Shown here: positions 1-12,153 of the stretch, piece after piece | Numbering within the stretch: the stretch's first letter is position 1 | Layout: each line of letters begins with the position of its first letter | NCBI RefSeq assembly: GCF_006345805.1 | Contig: NC_043001.1 | Span: 34,782,001 to 34,846,000, forward strand | Length of the DNA: 64,000 nt | Reading direction: 5' to 3' | From: Octopus sinensis | Taxonomy: Eukaryota | The notes under the pieces: model-generated | The model's input: only the letters and a program-made list of their open reading frames with translations | Databases searched by the model: none | Told to the model about the DNA's origin: nothing | Position numbers and translations under genes: made by a program

Positions 1-602
1 GTTGGTAGCGGTGGTGGTAGAAGTTGTGATGGTCGTTGTGGTAGTTGCTATGGTGGTTGTGGCAGCAGTGGTTGTGATAAGTTGGGGACAGAGTAGGAAA
101 TCCTTCAAGAAAACTTGCAGTGTTTTATATATCTATGATGTCATCTAGTTTCGTCTTATCTCAGAACTGTAAGCCGAATGGTATGCATGGAAGGGGGAAT
201 GCATTTGGTGAGTGGAGCGCACTTAACACGTCCGCAGTTATATCACCTCCCCCGACGCAAACACACACCACACACACACGAACATGAATACATATACGTA
301 TGTTATGCACACTTACACACACCCGTATATGCATACGTGTACACACATGCATCACACATTTTGTATGTACATTCAACGTTGGCACATATGAAAAAAAAAG
401 ATCTAGTAGAATATATATGCACGAATGCTTACGTGCGAACATGGGCATTATTACATATATGAATCTACAAATTTTCATGTGTCTATGTATAGGCACACAC
501 ACACAAACACATACACACACACACACACAAACACTCACACACACATACACAAACACATACACACACATATTTTGTCTTCTTTCACTTGTATCAGTCATTA
601 GA

Positions 603-782
603 TTGTGGCCATGCGTGGGCAACGACTTCAATTTTAATCGAACGACCCGACCCCGCTACTTAGTATTTTTGTTTGAGCGTGGCACTTATTCTCCCGGTTG
701 CCTCTGCCGAAAATGACACGCTTTCGAACTGACCCTAGAATTATGAGGTTGGAAAGCAAGCGCGTTACCACATGCCCAACTT
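603..782 (-). mobile_element. Degenerate tRNA-derived SINE, family A
   Basis: Diverged match to family A segments seen elsewhere in the window (tgtggccatgc..., ggttggaaagcaagc..ttaccaca). Confidence 0.5.
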
Positions 783-801
783 GCGCGTGTATATATATAT
801 A

Positions 802-844
<43 letters not shown>

Positions 845-1296
845 AGTATGTATTTATGTATTTATATGATGTGTGTATGTGTGTGTGTGTGTGTATGTGT
901 GTGTGTGTGTATGTGTGTGTGTGTGTGTGTTTGTGTATGCGTGAGTATGTGTGTACATTCATATATACACATTTGTTATTACAAGCTAAGTACCTCTGCT
1001 GTTTTACATATTTTCACAGTTTCATTAAAAGTTTGTAAGTATAATATCCTAAATATCCATGTTCTTTCTGGGATAAGAAATTCTGTAGGTAGATAGATAT
1101 CCAAGAGAACCAAGAATCAGAGTTTTGAATCTAATTTTTTTGTCTAGATATTTCATTTGTAGAATTCTCTGTACTTCTTAACATATTTTTTTCACTCGTG
1201 TATCATATCATGTTAACACGTACCAAACAACCTATTTCCACAGCTCTGCACACATTGTTCTCCTCAGATAATTACGTTTGATCTTTTATATTTACA

Positions 1297-1664
1297 CTAG
1301 CAGTATCGCCCGGCGTTGCTCGGGTTTGTAAGGGAAATAACTATAAAGCATTTTTAGAGAGTTATAGCCAAAAAAGAGCAAAGAAATGGAAAAAAATTTG
1401 AGAGTTAAAACGGTCGAGTTGCATCCCCTAGACAGTCTGTGGTTTGTGTTTCTGATTCTCGACCCCATGTCGAATTTATCGATTTTTTTCAGAACTGGGG
1501 GAACTTTTCAAAATTTTCTCTGCGTTAGTTTTGAATTATGACATTGGGCTATGTGTGTGTTAAGTTTCATCAGAATTGGTTGAAAGCCGTGGTCAGGGTG
1601 AGGGTACAACCTAACAGACACACAGAAACACACACAGACAAACTGCCGTTTATATAGAGAGAGA
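1297..1664 (-). mobile_element. Non-autonomous Helitron (368 bp), subfamily H1
   Basis: On the minus strand it starts A|TC(TCTCTCTATATAAACGGCAG) and ends with the hairpin CCCGAGCAACGCCGGG plus ATACTGCTAG|T, i.e. 5' TC, 3' CTAG, inserted between A and T. Highly similar to 58400-58786. Confidence 0.85.
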
Positions 1665-1780
1665 TTTTGATAACTTCATGGATAGGACAAGTTTACTTGT
1701 ATATGTTCTCGGTATGAATACGTATGACTTGATCAACGGCAACTTGTATTTTTTATATATCTTTAAGACTATCGTTTCAT

Positions 1781-2380
1781 ATTTCTTTATTGCCCACAAA
1801 GGGCTAAACATACAGGGGACAAACAAGGACAGACGAAGGGATTAAGTCGATTATGTCGGCCCCAGTGCATAACTGGTACTTAATTTATCGACCCCGAAAG
1901 GATATAAGGAAAAGTCGACCTGGTACTTCTTTAACGACTCTGACAGCTCATTGCCTTTTAAAATACCTATTTCTTTACTACTCACAAGTGACCAAACACA
2001 GAGAGGACAAACAAGGACAGACAAACAAATTAAGTCGATTATATCGACCCCAGTGCGTAACTGGTACTTATTTAATCGACCCCGAAAGGATGAAAGGCAA
2101 AGTCGACCTCGGCGGAATTTAAACTCAGAACGTAACGGCAGACAAAATACCCATTTCTTTACTACCCACAAAGCGCTAAACACAAGGGGGAGAAACAAGG
2201 ACATACAAACGGATTAAATCGATTACATCGACCCCGGTGGGTAACTGGTATTATTTATCGACCCCGAGAGGATGAAAGGTAAAGTCGACCCCGGCGGAAT
2301 TTGAACTCAGTACGTAACGGCAGACGAAATACGGCTACGCATTTCGCCCGGCGTGCTAACGTTTCTGCCAGCTCGGCGCC
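1781..2380 (-). mobile_element. Three head-to-tail copies of SINE family B (1781-1921, 1969-2151, 2153-2380)
   Basis: Repeated core (rc) GTCGACTTTGCCTTTCATCCTTTCGGGGTCGATAAATTAAGTACCAGTTACGCACTGGGGTCGA and tail ...CCCTTGTGGG(C/T)A(A/G)TAAAGAAAT; only the copy at 2153-2380 has the full head. From memory, the core resembles the Meta/MESC SINE domain. Confidence 0.9.
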
Positions 2381-2689
2381 TCCTGGTGAAATCTATTGCA
2401 AAGCCGACGCCTCAGTACTAACAGCATTCACTTAACCCTAACAGACGAAATCTGAGTTCAAATCTCATCATGGTGTCTGTAAGACGGCGGTAGATAATTG
2501 ATCGGTCTACTTGACGTTGTGGAGACGACATCCAATGCTAAAACAAACAAAAAATACATAAAAAAACTCGACAAAAATATTGTAATAAAAATAAACAAGA
2601 TAAAAAGAAGAAAACCTACAAAAGAATTCAAGAGCAACAGCAACAATAAAAGTAATAACTATATTATAAGAAATGATAAATGACGGCAG

Positions 2690-2957
2690 TGATGATGATG
2701 ATGATGATGACGATGACGATGATGATGATGGTGGTAGTGGTGGTGGTGATGGTGGTGGTGATGGTGGTGGTGATGATGGTGATGATGAGAGCAATGGTAA
2801 TAATAGCAGTGATAATTCTGGAGTAGTAATATTAATGTCCATGATAATACCAATAACGACGACGACGACGACGACGACGATGATGATGATGATGGTGATG
2901 ATGATGATGGTGATGATGACGATGGTGATGATGATGATGGTGATGATGATGACAATT

Positions 2958-2991
<34 letters not shown>

Positions 2992-3085
2992 TGATGATGA
3001 CGATTAGGATGACGATGATGATGACGACGACAGTGGTGGTGGTGATGATGATGGTGATAATGTAGTGGTGGTGATGGTGTTAGTG
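2690..3085. repeat. Compound trinucleotide microsatellite (GAT/GGT/GAC)
   Basis: Direct reading; explains ORFs 2507..2842, 2659..2955 and 2673..3065. Confidence 0.95.
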
Positions 3086-3503
3086 GGGTTTGAGAAATGA
3101 CAACTGTTTTAGATTACTCCTATCTTTTTTCATCATACTCATTTTTTTCCTATTTTCTCTGTCATTTCTTTTTGTTTCTTTCTTTTCCTTTATTTATTAT
3201 TATTATATATATTTTTTGCTACTTGAGAACTTATCTGGAATGTACACTGAGGGAAGTCAGAGAAAAGCAGGGGAGATTCGTGACTAGAGTAAAACGGGTG
3301 GAAAAAAGACGGGAGACGAACGTTATATCTTGTATGGTTATTACGATGACAATGTTGTCAAATGGATAAATGGATAATATAATTGTTACTTACAAGGCTA
3401 CTACTACTACTACTGCTGACGGAAATAACAAATAAGGAGAACAAATGACATCCATACATGCATTCATACATACATAGATACGTACGTACGAGTGTTTGTG
3501 TGG

Positions 3504-3540
<37 letters not shown>

Positions 3541-3544
<4 letters not shown>

Positions 3545-3665
3545 GTGAGGGAAGAAATGGAGCTAATCCGAATTAGGGACTTTGCAGCCTTTGAAACATA
3601 TGTAGAAAATAATAAAAATGAATTTTGTAAAATCTTCGTTCAGCTCCATTTCTTCCCTCACTAAA
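3541..3665. repeat. Short foldback with 24-bp perfect inverted arms
   Basis: TTTAGTGAGGGAAGAAATGGAGCT (3541-3564) versus AGCTCCATTTCTTCCCTCACTAAA (3642-3665). Confidence 0.85.
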
Positions 3666-3834
3666 TATATAAAACTTCAAATTTCCGCACTAAGGCACGG
3701 TTTTGAGACCCCATGGTCGTAACCTCAACTGTGATTTTTCTGTTGTGATTTTTTGCTACCCAGGTATCGGTTATAATTTGAATAATCCGTAACAAGATAA
3801 TTCATTCATCCATTTCAATAAAATATATATATAT

Positions 3835-4163
3835 GTGTGAAACCGCGTGAACCACTGGTTGGGATATTCGTCTCACGATCGTAAGATAGTGGAGTCAGTT
3901 TCCGACGACGCGTTGTGTCCTTGCGCAAAACACCTTAATTTTCATGTTGCTTCTGTCCACTCAGCTAGCAAAATGAGTAGTACTTGTATTTCAAAGGGCC
4001 AGCCTTGTCACACTATGTGTCACGCTGAACCGCCCTAAGAACTACGTTAAGGGTACACGTGTCTGTGGAATGCTCAACCACTTGCACGTTAATTTGATGA
4101 GCAGGATGTTCAGCTGATCTTATCAGCTGGGACCCTTACCGTTGTAACCGACGGAATCCTCCT
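3835..4163 (+). mobile_element. tRNA-derived SINE, family C
   Basis: Degenerate tRNA-like head, GCGTTGTGTCCTTGCGCAAAACAC (CORE/V-like segment), GTCCACTCAGCTAGCAAAATGAGTAG, and 3' end GTAACCGACGGA. Confidence 0.7.
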
Positions 4164-4214
4164 TATATATATATATTTATATCCACCAATGCGGTACTGA
4201 GCACTCATTTCATC

Positions 4215-4350
4215 GTTGGCCATTCTTTTATTCTTTTATATGTTTCAGTTAGGTCACTGTGGCAATGCTGGAGCATCGCCATTAAAGTACTATGGAGTGG
4301 AATCGAGCATGACTTTACGATTGCGAAGCGAAGTTCTTAACCATTCGCCC
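4215..4350 (-). mobile_element. Degenerate, internally shortened SINE family A
   Basis: tttcagtt..actgtggcaatgctggagcatcgcc matches the family A tail. Confidence 0.5.
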
Positions 4351-4484
4351 ATGTAGCACTAACATATACATATTCATAATCTTCATCATCACATCATGAA
4401 CAACAAATATATTAACAATGAAGGTGATAATGTTGAAGATGAAGCAGATGCGAACAATATTATCATTATTATTGTACTTGTTGT

Positions 4485-5170
4485 TAAGACGCCGAGCTGG
4501 CAGAATCGCAAGCACGCCGGCCGAAATGCTTAGCGGTATTTGGCCCGTCGCTAGTCCTGAGTTTGAATTCTACCGCGGTCGACTTCACATTTCATCCTTT
4601 CGGGGTCCATAAATTAAGTACCAGTTACACACTGAGGTCGATGTAATCGATGGGTCCCCTTCCCCAAAAGTGTCAGGCCATGTATCTATAGTAGAAAGGA
4701 TTATTATTGTTGTTGTTAAGGCGGTGAGCTGGCAGAATCGTAGTTGGCCGACCGAAATGTTTAGCGATATTTCGTCTGTCATCAAGTTCTGAGTTCAATT
4801 GCTGCCAGGGTCGACTTTGTCATCCTTATGGGGTCAATAAATTAAGCAGCAGTTACGCACTGGGGTCGATGTAATCGACTTCTCCCCTCCCCCGAAATTG
4901 GTGGCCTTGTGCTAAAAGTTCGAAACCATTCTTATTCTTCTTGTTAAGATGGCGAGCTAGCTGTATCGTTAGAAAGTCGGGCAAAAATGCTAAGCGGTAT
5001 TTCGCTCATCTTTACATTCTGACATCAAATTCCGTCGAAGTCGACATTGTCTTTAATCCTTCCGGGGCCGATATATCAAGTATCAGTGAAACATCGAGGC
5101 CGATGTAATCGACTTAACCCCTTCTCCCAAATTTCAAGCCTTGTGCCTTTAATAGGAAGGACTATTATTA
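4485..5170 (+). mobile_element. Three tandem SINE family B copies with alternative tail (4485-4705, 4717-4930, 4947-5170)
   Basis: Head GGCGAGCTGGCAGAATCG...GAAATGCTTAGCGGTATTT, family B core, and tail CCCCTTCCCCAAAA...GGCCTTGTG...ATTATT. Confidence 0.85.
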
Positions 5171-5661
5171 TTGTTGTGGTTGTACTCCATGAAGTCATTA
5201 ATCAAATTGCCTGCTAACACGTGTTAATATATTTACTGATGTCACTTTATCAGCAATATATGTAGGTTATTTAGTACCTATGTTGCAAGTATATTAAAGC
5301 TTTTACAGTCGTGTCAACGTAGTGCGATTTGTCATTTCTTTACGTCAAGTACCAAATATGTCGGCAAAAGATAGTAACGTTGACAAGTTCGGATAGTAAT
5401 AACGTCTTCCTCTACTCTGAGCAAGCGCAATCTACGAAAGCGTCGCGAGTGAAATTGTAGAGATAGACTATCTGTTATGAAGACCGTAGAATTTCATTAG
5501 CTTTAAAAAAGTAATCGTATTGTTAAAGAAAACCACGATCTCTACTAAAACACTTTACACATAAAAAAAAGTTATATATAATGTAGGTTTTCCATATTTT
5601 TCTGATCTTTTTAAATACTAACATTTTACTAACATTTCTTCTAAGATCTCTTTCTTCCTTC

Positions 5662-5694
<33 letters not shown>

Positions 5695-6446
5695 CCTCTC
5701 TCTCTTCATATATCTTCCCATGACAATCTCATCTTTTCACACAGTGTTTAGGGAAGATTTCCGGATGACCCCTTTGTTATGAGACCAGCATCGTTGAATT
5801 TATTTTAAGCATCTGCACGAAGGTGCTGTGAGAAGAACGATATCGCTGGAGACACGATCAGGTCCTACATATTAAAGCTAAGGCAATCGAAAAGGAGACT
5901 AACAACAGCAAAAATGCAAGCAATATAGCCAGAAAAAAACTGCCTTTATGAAGAACGGAGAGAGTCAGCCAAAAGACTGAGTAACAGCTCCAATTCATTA
6001 ATTTCGGCAGCACATGCTGAATGATGGTAACGAAAATTTACAGCGCATATCATCCAGACTTAGCTAAGATCAGATATCATCTTGGTTTTGAAGGCAACAC
6101 AGAGTAGCTAGTCATATTAGAATTAACTGAGCAACAAGGAACAGCAGCAAATAGCAAAGGTGGTTGGACAGTCGCAAAATAGTGCGGAGAACGATGTGTT
6201 CGTCATTAGAGTTTGACAACCACTTTTGTCTCCAAATGGTTTCACAGATTGTACATTGAGTATATAGATGTTTGTGGCAAAGAACAACATAATGGCTAAG
6301 AGGAGAGTATCTAGATGGCTGAGAAGAGGTGATCAAGGTGAACATTATATATATATATATATATATTTAATGTAGGATAAAATTCTTTCGAAAAAAAAGT
6401 TTTATCAATTGCCAGCATATTAAAAAATACCTTTAAAGGTTACATT

Positions 6447-6794
6447 TATAAACAACTTATAAATAATGGCAAACGAAAAAATTTCTAATGCCAAATATTC
6501 CGAAATTAGACACCCTGTCCATAACCATATAATTTTTTACAATACGCACGCTACTCAAAAGAAGGACGACAGAATTCTCTAAAAAATTTCATTATTACCA
6601 CATCGGACAGATTTCAGGGTTACTTCGTAAGAACCCTCCCTTCGTCAGTGATAAATGTGGCAAAGAAATAAATGAGATACTTACTCATACCCATGGAAGA
6701 AGCAAACACTAAGTAATGAGCACAATTAAGTACCCCAAATACATATTTGGCATTAGAAAATTTTTCGTTTGCCTTTATTTATAAGTTGTTTATA
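6447..6794. mobile_element. Foldback element with 52-bp inverted arms enclosing a hammerhead-like motif (probably PLE-derived)
   Basis: Arms 6447-6498 and 6743-6794 differ at 2 positions; flanked by (TA)n on the right. Confidence 0.75.
6598..6660 (-). ncRNA. Type I hammerhead ribozyme-like motif
   Basis: Minus strand: CCACATTTATCA-CUGACGA-AGGG-AGGGUU(CUUACGAAGU)AACCCU-GAAA-UCU-GUC-CGAUGUGG. Canonical core and GUC site; stem I has a first-pair mismatch. Confidence 0.6.
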
Positions 6795-7362
6795 TATATA
6801 TATATATATATATATATTTAAGTATATATGTACATATAAGAGGGATGACCACTACATGGACAACCCTTATGCTAGAAGTAGATCCGCTATGGTTTTACCA
6901 TTAAGAAAGGATGTTCTCAAGAAAAGTTAGCAAACGCGAGAACGTAAGCGAGCAAGACAAATGACTTTTCTCAGACTTCTTTTCTTTTGAAGATGGGGCT
7001 TTGTGCCTGAAATATAAAGGTATTATTAAACATTCTGCACTGTCAGAAGCTTTCTATTTTCTTTCTTTTTACTTTCTTCGATATTACAATGCTTCAAGCG
7101 AACTGCAACGCTCACACACACAAGATGCCTTCAAAAATTATCTTTATACTTTTTCTCATGCCATGCGGGCAAATATTCATGCCAGCAGGCCGCTTTAGTT
7201 CCCAGCTGTTAGGCCTAGAGTAAAATTTACACACACGCACACACATATACACGTGTGTATGTATGCATGTATGCATTTTTGTATGTATATATGTATGTAT
7301 ATATGTATCTATGTATATTTGTTTACAGTGCTTATAGCCGATTACTCAGAACATAGATAAGT

Positions 7363-7363
7363 T

Positions 7364-7450
<87 letters not shown>
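7363..7450. repeat. (CTAT)n microsatellite
   Basis: Direct reading. Confidence 0.95.
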
Positions 7451-10409
7451 CTCGCTATATATATGTGCATTTATTCACACTCTGTTTCTGTCCCTCTTTC
7501 GATCTCTCGCTCTCTCGCTCTCTCCCTCTTTTTCTCCATCTGTCTTTCTCAAGGACATTCTTATAATCTGTCGGTAATTCTTAGTGGTGGAAGGGTATGA
7601 TTGCTTGGTTTGCGACTAGATATTATGAAGTGAGTGAATCTCCATTATCTCATCTATCCAACAAGTGACAACTCACAACGGAATCTGACAAAGCGTTGTC
7701 GTTCACTATCGTTATGTGCTGTCTAATTGTGTACATACATATATGTGAGTGTCTGTGTGTTTCTCTGTGTGTTTGTGCTTATGTATCAAAATGTGGACTT
7801 GCGCATGTGTCAGCATGTTTTAACAGCGTTAGACAGCACTTCATCTTTATCGATGCATCCCTGTTGTGGGTCTGTCCGACCTCTGCTTGTTTAGCTAATC
7901 TTTGTCTGCCCCTCCCCGTACTACGTTTGTATCCTCTTTCACTCTCTGTTTCGCATTATAATTCTCTTACTCTCTTTCTCTCGTTTGCTCTTTCTTTCTC
8001 TTTCGGGTTAGCTGTCTCTGTCTGTATTTTTTCCTTCTTGCTATCTTTAATGCAACATACATGCAGAACGTGTGTAAGTTAACATTATGTGAATTAAACA
8101 TGGCTTATGTCGGTCTTCTTTAAAAGAACATGTGGAAGAGAAAGAAGGAAAAAGAGTAAGTGAGAGAGATATAGAGAAAGCGAGAGAGACTGAGACAAAC
8201 AGATAGACAGGCAACAGATAAAAGTGATAGGGATGGCTGAGAGGAAAAAAATGCGATAGAAGAACAGGAAATCAACCTGGAAATGAAGAAGAAAAATCTA
8301 AGGTATTCAAAATGAAAGCTAATATGATGTGATCGAATAAAATGTCAAAGAAAGGGGAAAAGAAGAAATGACAAATATAAAAATAAATATAAGGTAAAAA
8401 TGAATGTGGTGGATGGGGCGGATGACTAAAAGGTAATGGTGACTACAACTATAACTGCATCAGTAACTTCGATCTATGAGGGAAAAATGAATGGTAGAAA
8501 TGTGAAAGTAAATAATAACAGAGTCAATAATAAGAATAATATTTTCTTCATCCTTTTGTGGGAAACATTCTTGTAATGGCAAGTATATTCAGTTGAATAG
8601 CTTGCACTGCAATGTCGACCTCCAAAAAGATTCGTATATGAAGAGTAATGTTGGCAAATTTGAATGCTATAATGTATACAATTCGTTTCCCTTTTGACCT
8701 CAACTATCAAGTATATCTTGTCAAAATATATGATTTTTTTTGGGGTTGTAATATTAGATTCTGCAATGAAGAAAATATGTACAGTAGTTGATAGAATCAA
8801 TCACAATTGTATGACTGGAGTTTATTTTTAACACTATTCGTAGAAAAGATACATTCGACCTACATAGGAATTTTGAACAGAAAATTTAAAGTAATAATAT
8901 CCATTTCTTCCCACTGAGCGCTGCTGAGTGTAACCGCACTTCCGTCAGGTTGAGTTCGTGAATCATTTTCGATTCCTGTTTGCCGTAATTTCACGCCATG
9001 CGCGTCAAAAATCTATAAAGAAGAATAAGATGAAATTCTGGTGTCTAGTATCTATCATTTTAGCTCATTTACTGGTTATTTTCTTGCTATCATCGCCAAT
9101 CTCTTCTTCAGCTTTTTCAATCTCTGTGATTTCGTGACCAACACACCCGTCACCGATATAATGTTGACAATAATAAAATTTTATTTAAAATTACTCTTGT
9201 ATTGTAGAAATTGTATTGTATGAAGTAAGTTGAATCAGAACCCTCTATCACAGTATCCATTTTATATGTTTTCATCGACCTATATATTCAGAGCGTTTGA
9301 CCAATTTTTGTAGTCACAGCATAAAATTTATTCCACATGGAATATATGATCCCCTGGTAACTACTTAAAATTGAATGAACTCGCAATTAATTAATTTTCT
9401 CAATATCTAATTCATATACCGTCATCATAATGTAGATGACAGTATATAAATTTCATATCGTACCACTTGCGGCGGGAACGCAATGAACATACATACTTAT
9501 ACCCTGTTGAGCATGATAATTTGCTGTATAAAACTACTCTTGACGAAAGAAATATCATGCATAAATCCGAAAGTGAAGGGAAACAATTTTTTTTACAATG
9601 TCATTTATAGAGGTTTCTTGTTCTTGTGATAGCGTTCACCCAGGATAAGCGGATGCATCTCAGGCAGGTGGATCCCTAGTCATACGGTCTGAAACTCAAC
9701 CATTACGAATTCCCAACCGTTCAACCAGTTGCAATGCGAATTACAAGCACTACACACGCGAGACTATTTGTTAAAGATTTGACTTAGCTTCACTTATACA
9801 AATTTTTAGCTCTTCACTTCTCTGTTGACGCAATGCGACCGAAGGCAGTATACTGAGGCAAGTAAAGACAACAGAGATAATGACTTCTATGAGAAAAGAA
9901 AAAAATACCTCATCCACCGAGTGCTAGTTAGCACGATCATCCTGGCCGGTAATGAGATGACCAATGTGTGCGGGCAGAAAGTATTTAGACCATTTAGTGA
10001 TCGCTGAATCGTCCATATTTAATGCTAGGGAAAACTGGAGATGTATTTTACATTGCGAGCTTACGCTCTTCGACAGAAAGTAATGAGAGGAAAAATGGAG
10101 AGAGAATGGGAAAAAAAAACAAACGACAGGGTAGAGGAAGGGTAGGAGTGGACTATTAAGTAAAGTTATAACAGAAATAAGGCAATAGAAAATAAGGAGA
10201 GAAAACAAAAGCACCACCACAAAACAATCCCAGGAAACTACGTGCAACGTTTACCAAAGAAGTACAAATTTGCAGGAGACAATCTCCTTTGAATTCATAA
10301 TGTTCATCATCACATCATGAAAAACAAATGTATTAACAATGAAGATGATGATGTTGAAGATGAATCAGATGCAAATAATGGTATCATTATTATTGTTCTT
10401 GTTGTTAAG

Positions 10410-10584
10410 GCACCGAGCTGGAAGAATCGCAAGCATGGAGGGTGAAATGCTTAGTGGTATCTCGCTCGTCGCTAATCCTAAGTTTGAATCCCACCGAGGT
10501 CGACTTTGTCTTTCATCCTTTCGGGGTCGATAAATTAAGTACCAGTTACACACTGGGGACGATGTAATTGATTGGTCCCCTTCC
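10410..10584 (+). mobile_element. SINE family B copy (part of a local duplication with 4372-4663)
   Basis: Family B head and core; the upstream flank is also shared with 4372-4484. Confidence 0.85.
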
Positions 10585-10889
10585 TTAAAACTCCTTAGAA
10601 TTAACAAGACAATAAATTAAGGGAGCTGTTGATATAAGGTTGAAAATAATGGGTTAACAGCGTACAAATTGAAACAGAATTCCAGTAGCGTTTTAAGTTT
10701 TTGTTTATTCAAGGTTACAATATTTTAATATCTTCGACGCCTATCACGTTATTTATCATCAATGGAGAGATAATAAATTATTATTGATGAGAATACAATC
10801 TCATAGAATACAAAACTTATACACACATTCATATATACATACATAAATTACAAAATTACAAAAATTACATAAATTACAAAACTACAAAC

Positions 10890-11320
10890 ATATAACATTG
10901 GTTTAAAATTTTAGCGGAAGGCCAGCAATAGCGGATGTTAATTCTATTACATCGACCTAAGTGCTCTACTTGTGCATATTTTATAGACTTCGAAAGTATT
11001 AAAGGAGAATTCAATGCCGGCGGTGTTTGAACTCAGAACTTAAAGTCGGAGAAATCCTGCGTCGCAGGTTGCCTGGCGTGCTAACGATTCAGACAGCTCC
11101 TCGCCTTACATATATATATATATTACATATTCATTTCAAATTTTGGCACAAGGTCGGGGTGAGTTTAGTCAATGACATAGATTCCAGTGCTCTGCTCGTT
11201 CTTCTTATATCGACTCCGAAGGGATAAAAGGCAAAGCTAACTCCGGCGGTTTTCGAACTCAGAGCGTAGAGACAGACGAAATGCCGCCAAGCATAATTTC
11301 CCGCCGTGCTAACGATTATT
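10890..11320 (-). mobile_element. Two degenerate SINE family B copies (about 10890-11108 and 11125-11320)
   Basis: Recognisable ttgaactcagaac / gcgtgctaacgatt head and diverged core. Confidence 0.65.
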
Positions 11321-11804
11321 AAAATCAAAATGTACTCTTAGTTAATAACTTCAGTATATTTTTAAAATAAGGTTTAGGCAAAGCTTTGCTATTTAACTTG
11401 ATATAATGTTCATACTCGATTGCTTTTTGGGGGTGAATTAAGCAAAGAATCGAAACCTCATCATAAATTCAGACCTTTCATTCTTCTGCACCAAGCATAA
11501 GCTTGTATGTGATACAGTGCGGTCCACCCAACCTCTTTCAGATCGTTTCACCCTCTACACTCCCTTCTGTATTTCTCTGTTTCCTTCTTTCAATTTTTTT
11601 TTGATGGCTTGCAATGAAAAGAATTTTTCCAAGTAGAGATTAATAATTATACGAATTTCATTCCGAATTTTTCGATGCTACGCATGGCTAATCAGTAGTT
11701 AAATCTAATTCAGAAATTTTTAATTAGTTCTGTTTCAGCATTTGTTACTCAGCTTTGTCTAATGTATGTGAAAAGCTATCTCCACAAAGCCCTTCACCGG
11801 TTAA

Positions 11805-11831
11805 TTTTAACTTTGATATCCTATTAAAACA

Positions 11832-11917
<86 letters not shown>

Positions 11918-11987
11918 TATTATATATATATATATAATATATATACATATATATATATATTGTTTTAATAGGATATCAAAGTTAAAA
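11805..11987. repeat. 28-bp perfect inverted repeat enclosing a (TA)n tract
   Basis: TTTTAACTTTGATATCCTATTAAAACAA (11805-11832) versus its reverse complement at 11960-11987. Confidence 0.85.
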
Positions 11988-12024
11988 CAATATATATATT
12001 ATATATATAATATATATATATAAT

Positions 12025-12076
<52 letters not shown>

Positions 12077-12116
12077 TATATGTATATTTGGAGGGCAAGC
12101 CACAATGTGGTCGGCC

Positions 12117-12153
<37 letters not shown>

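Noticed and set aside
7585-7629. 45-nt AG/GT-bounded open segment WWKGMIAWFATRYYE, faintly SH3-like
   Set aside because: Spacing between WWxG and the FP.NY-like motif is wrong for SH3, and there are no supporting neighbouring exons.
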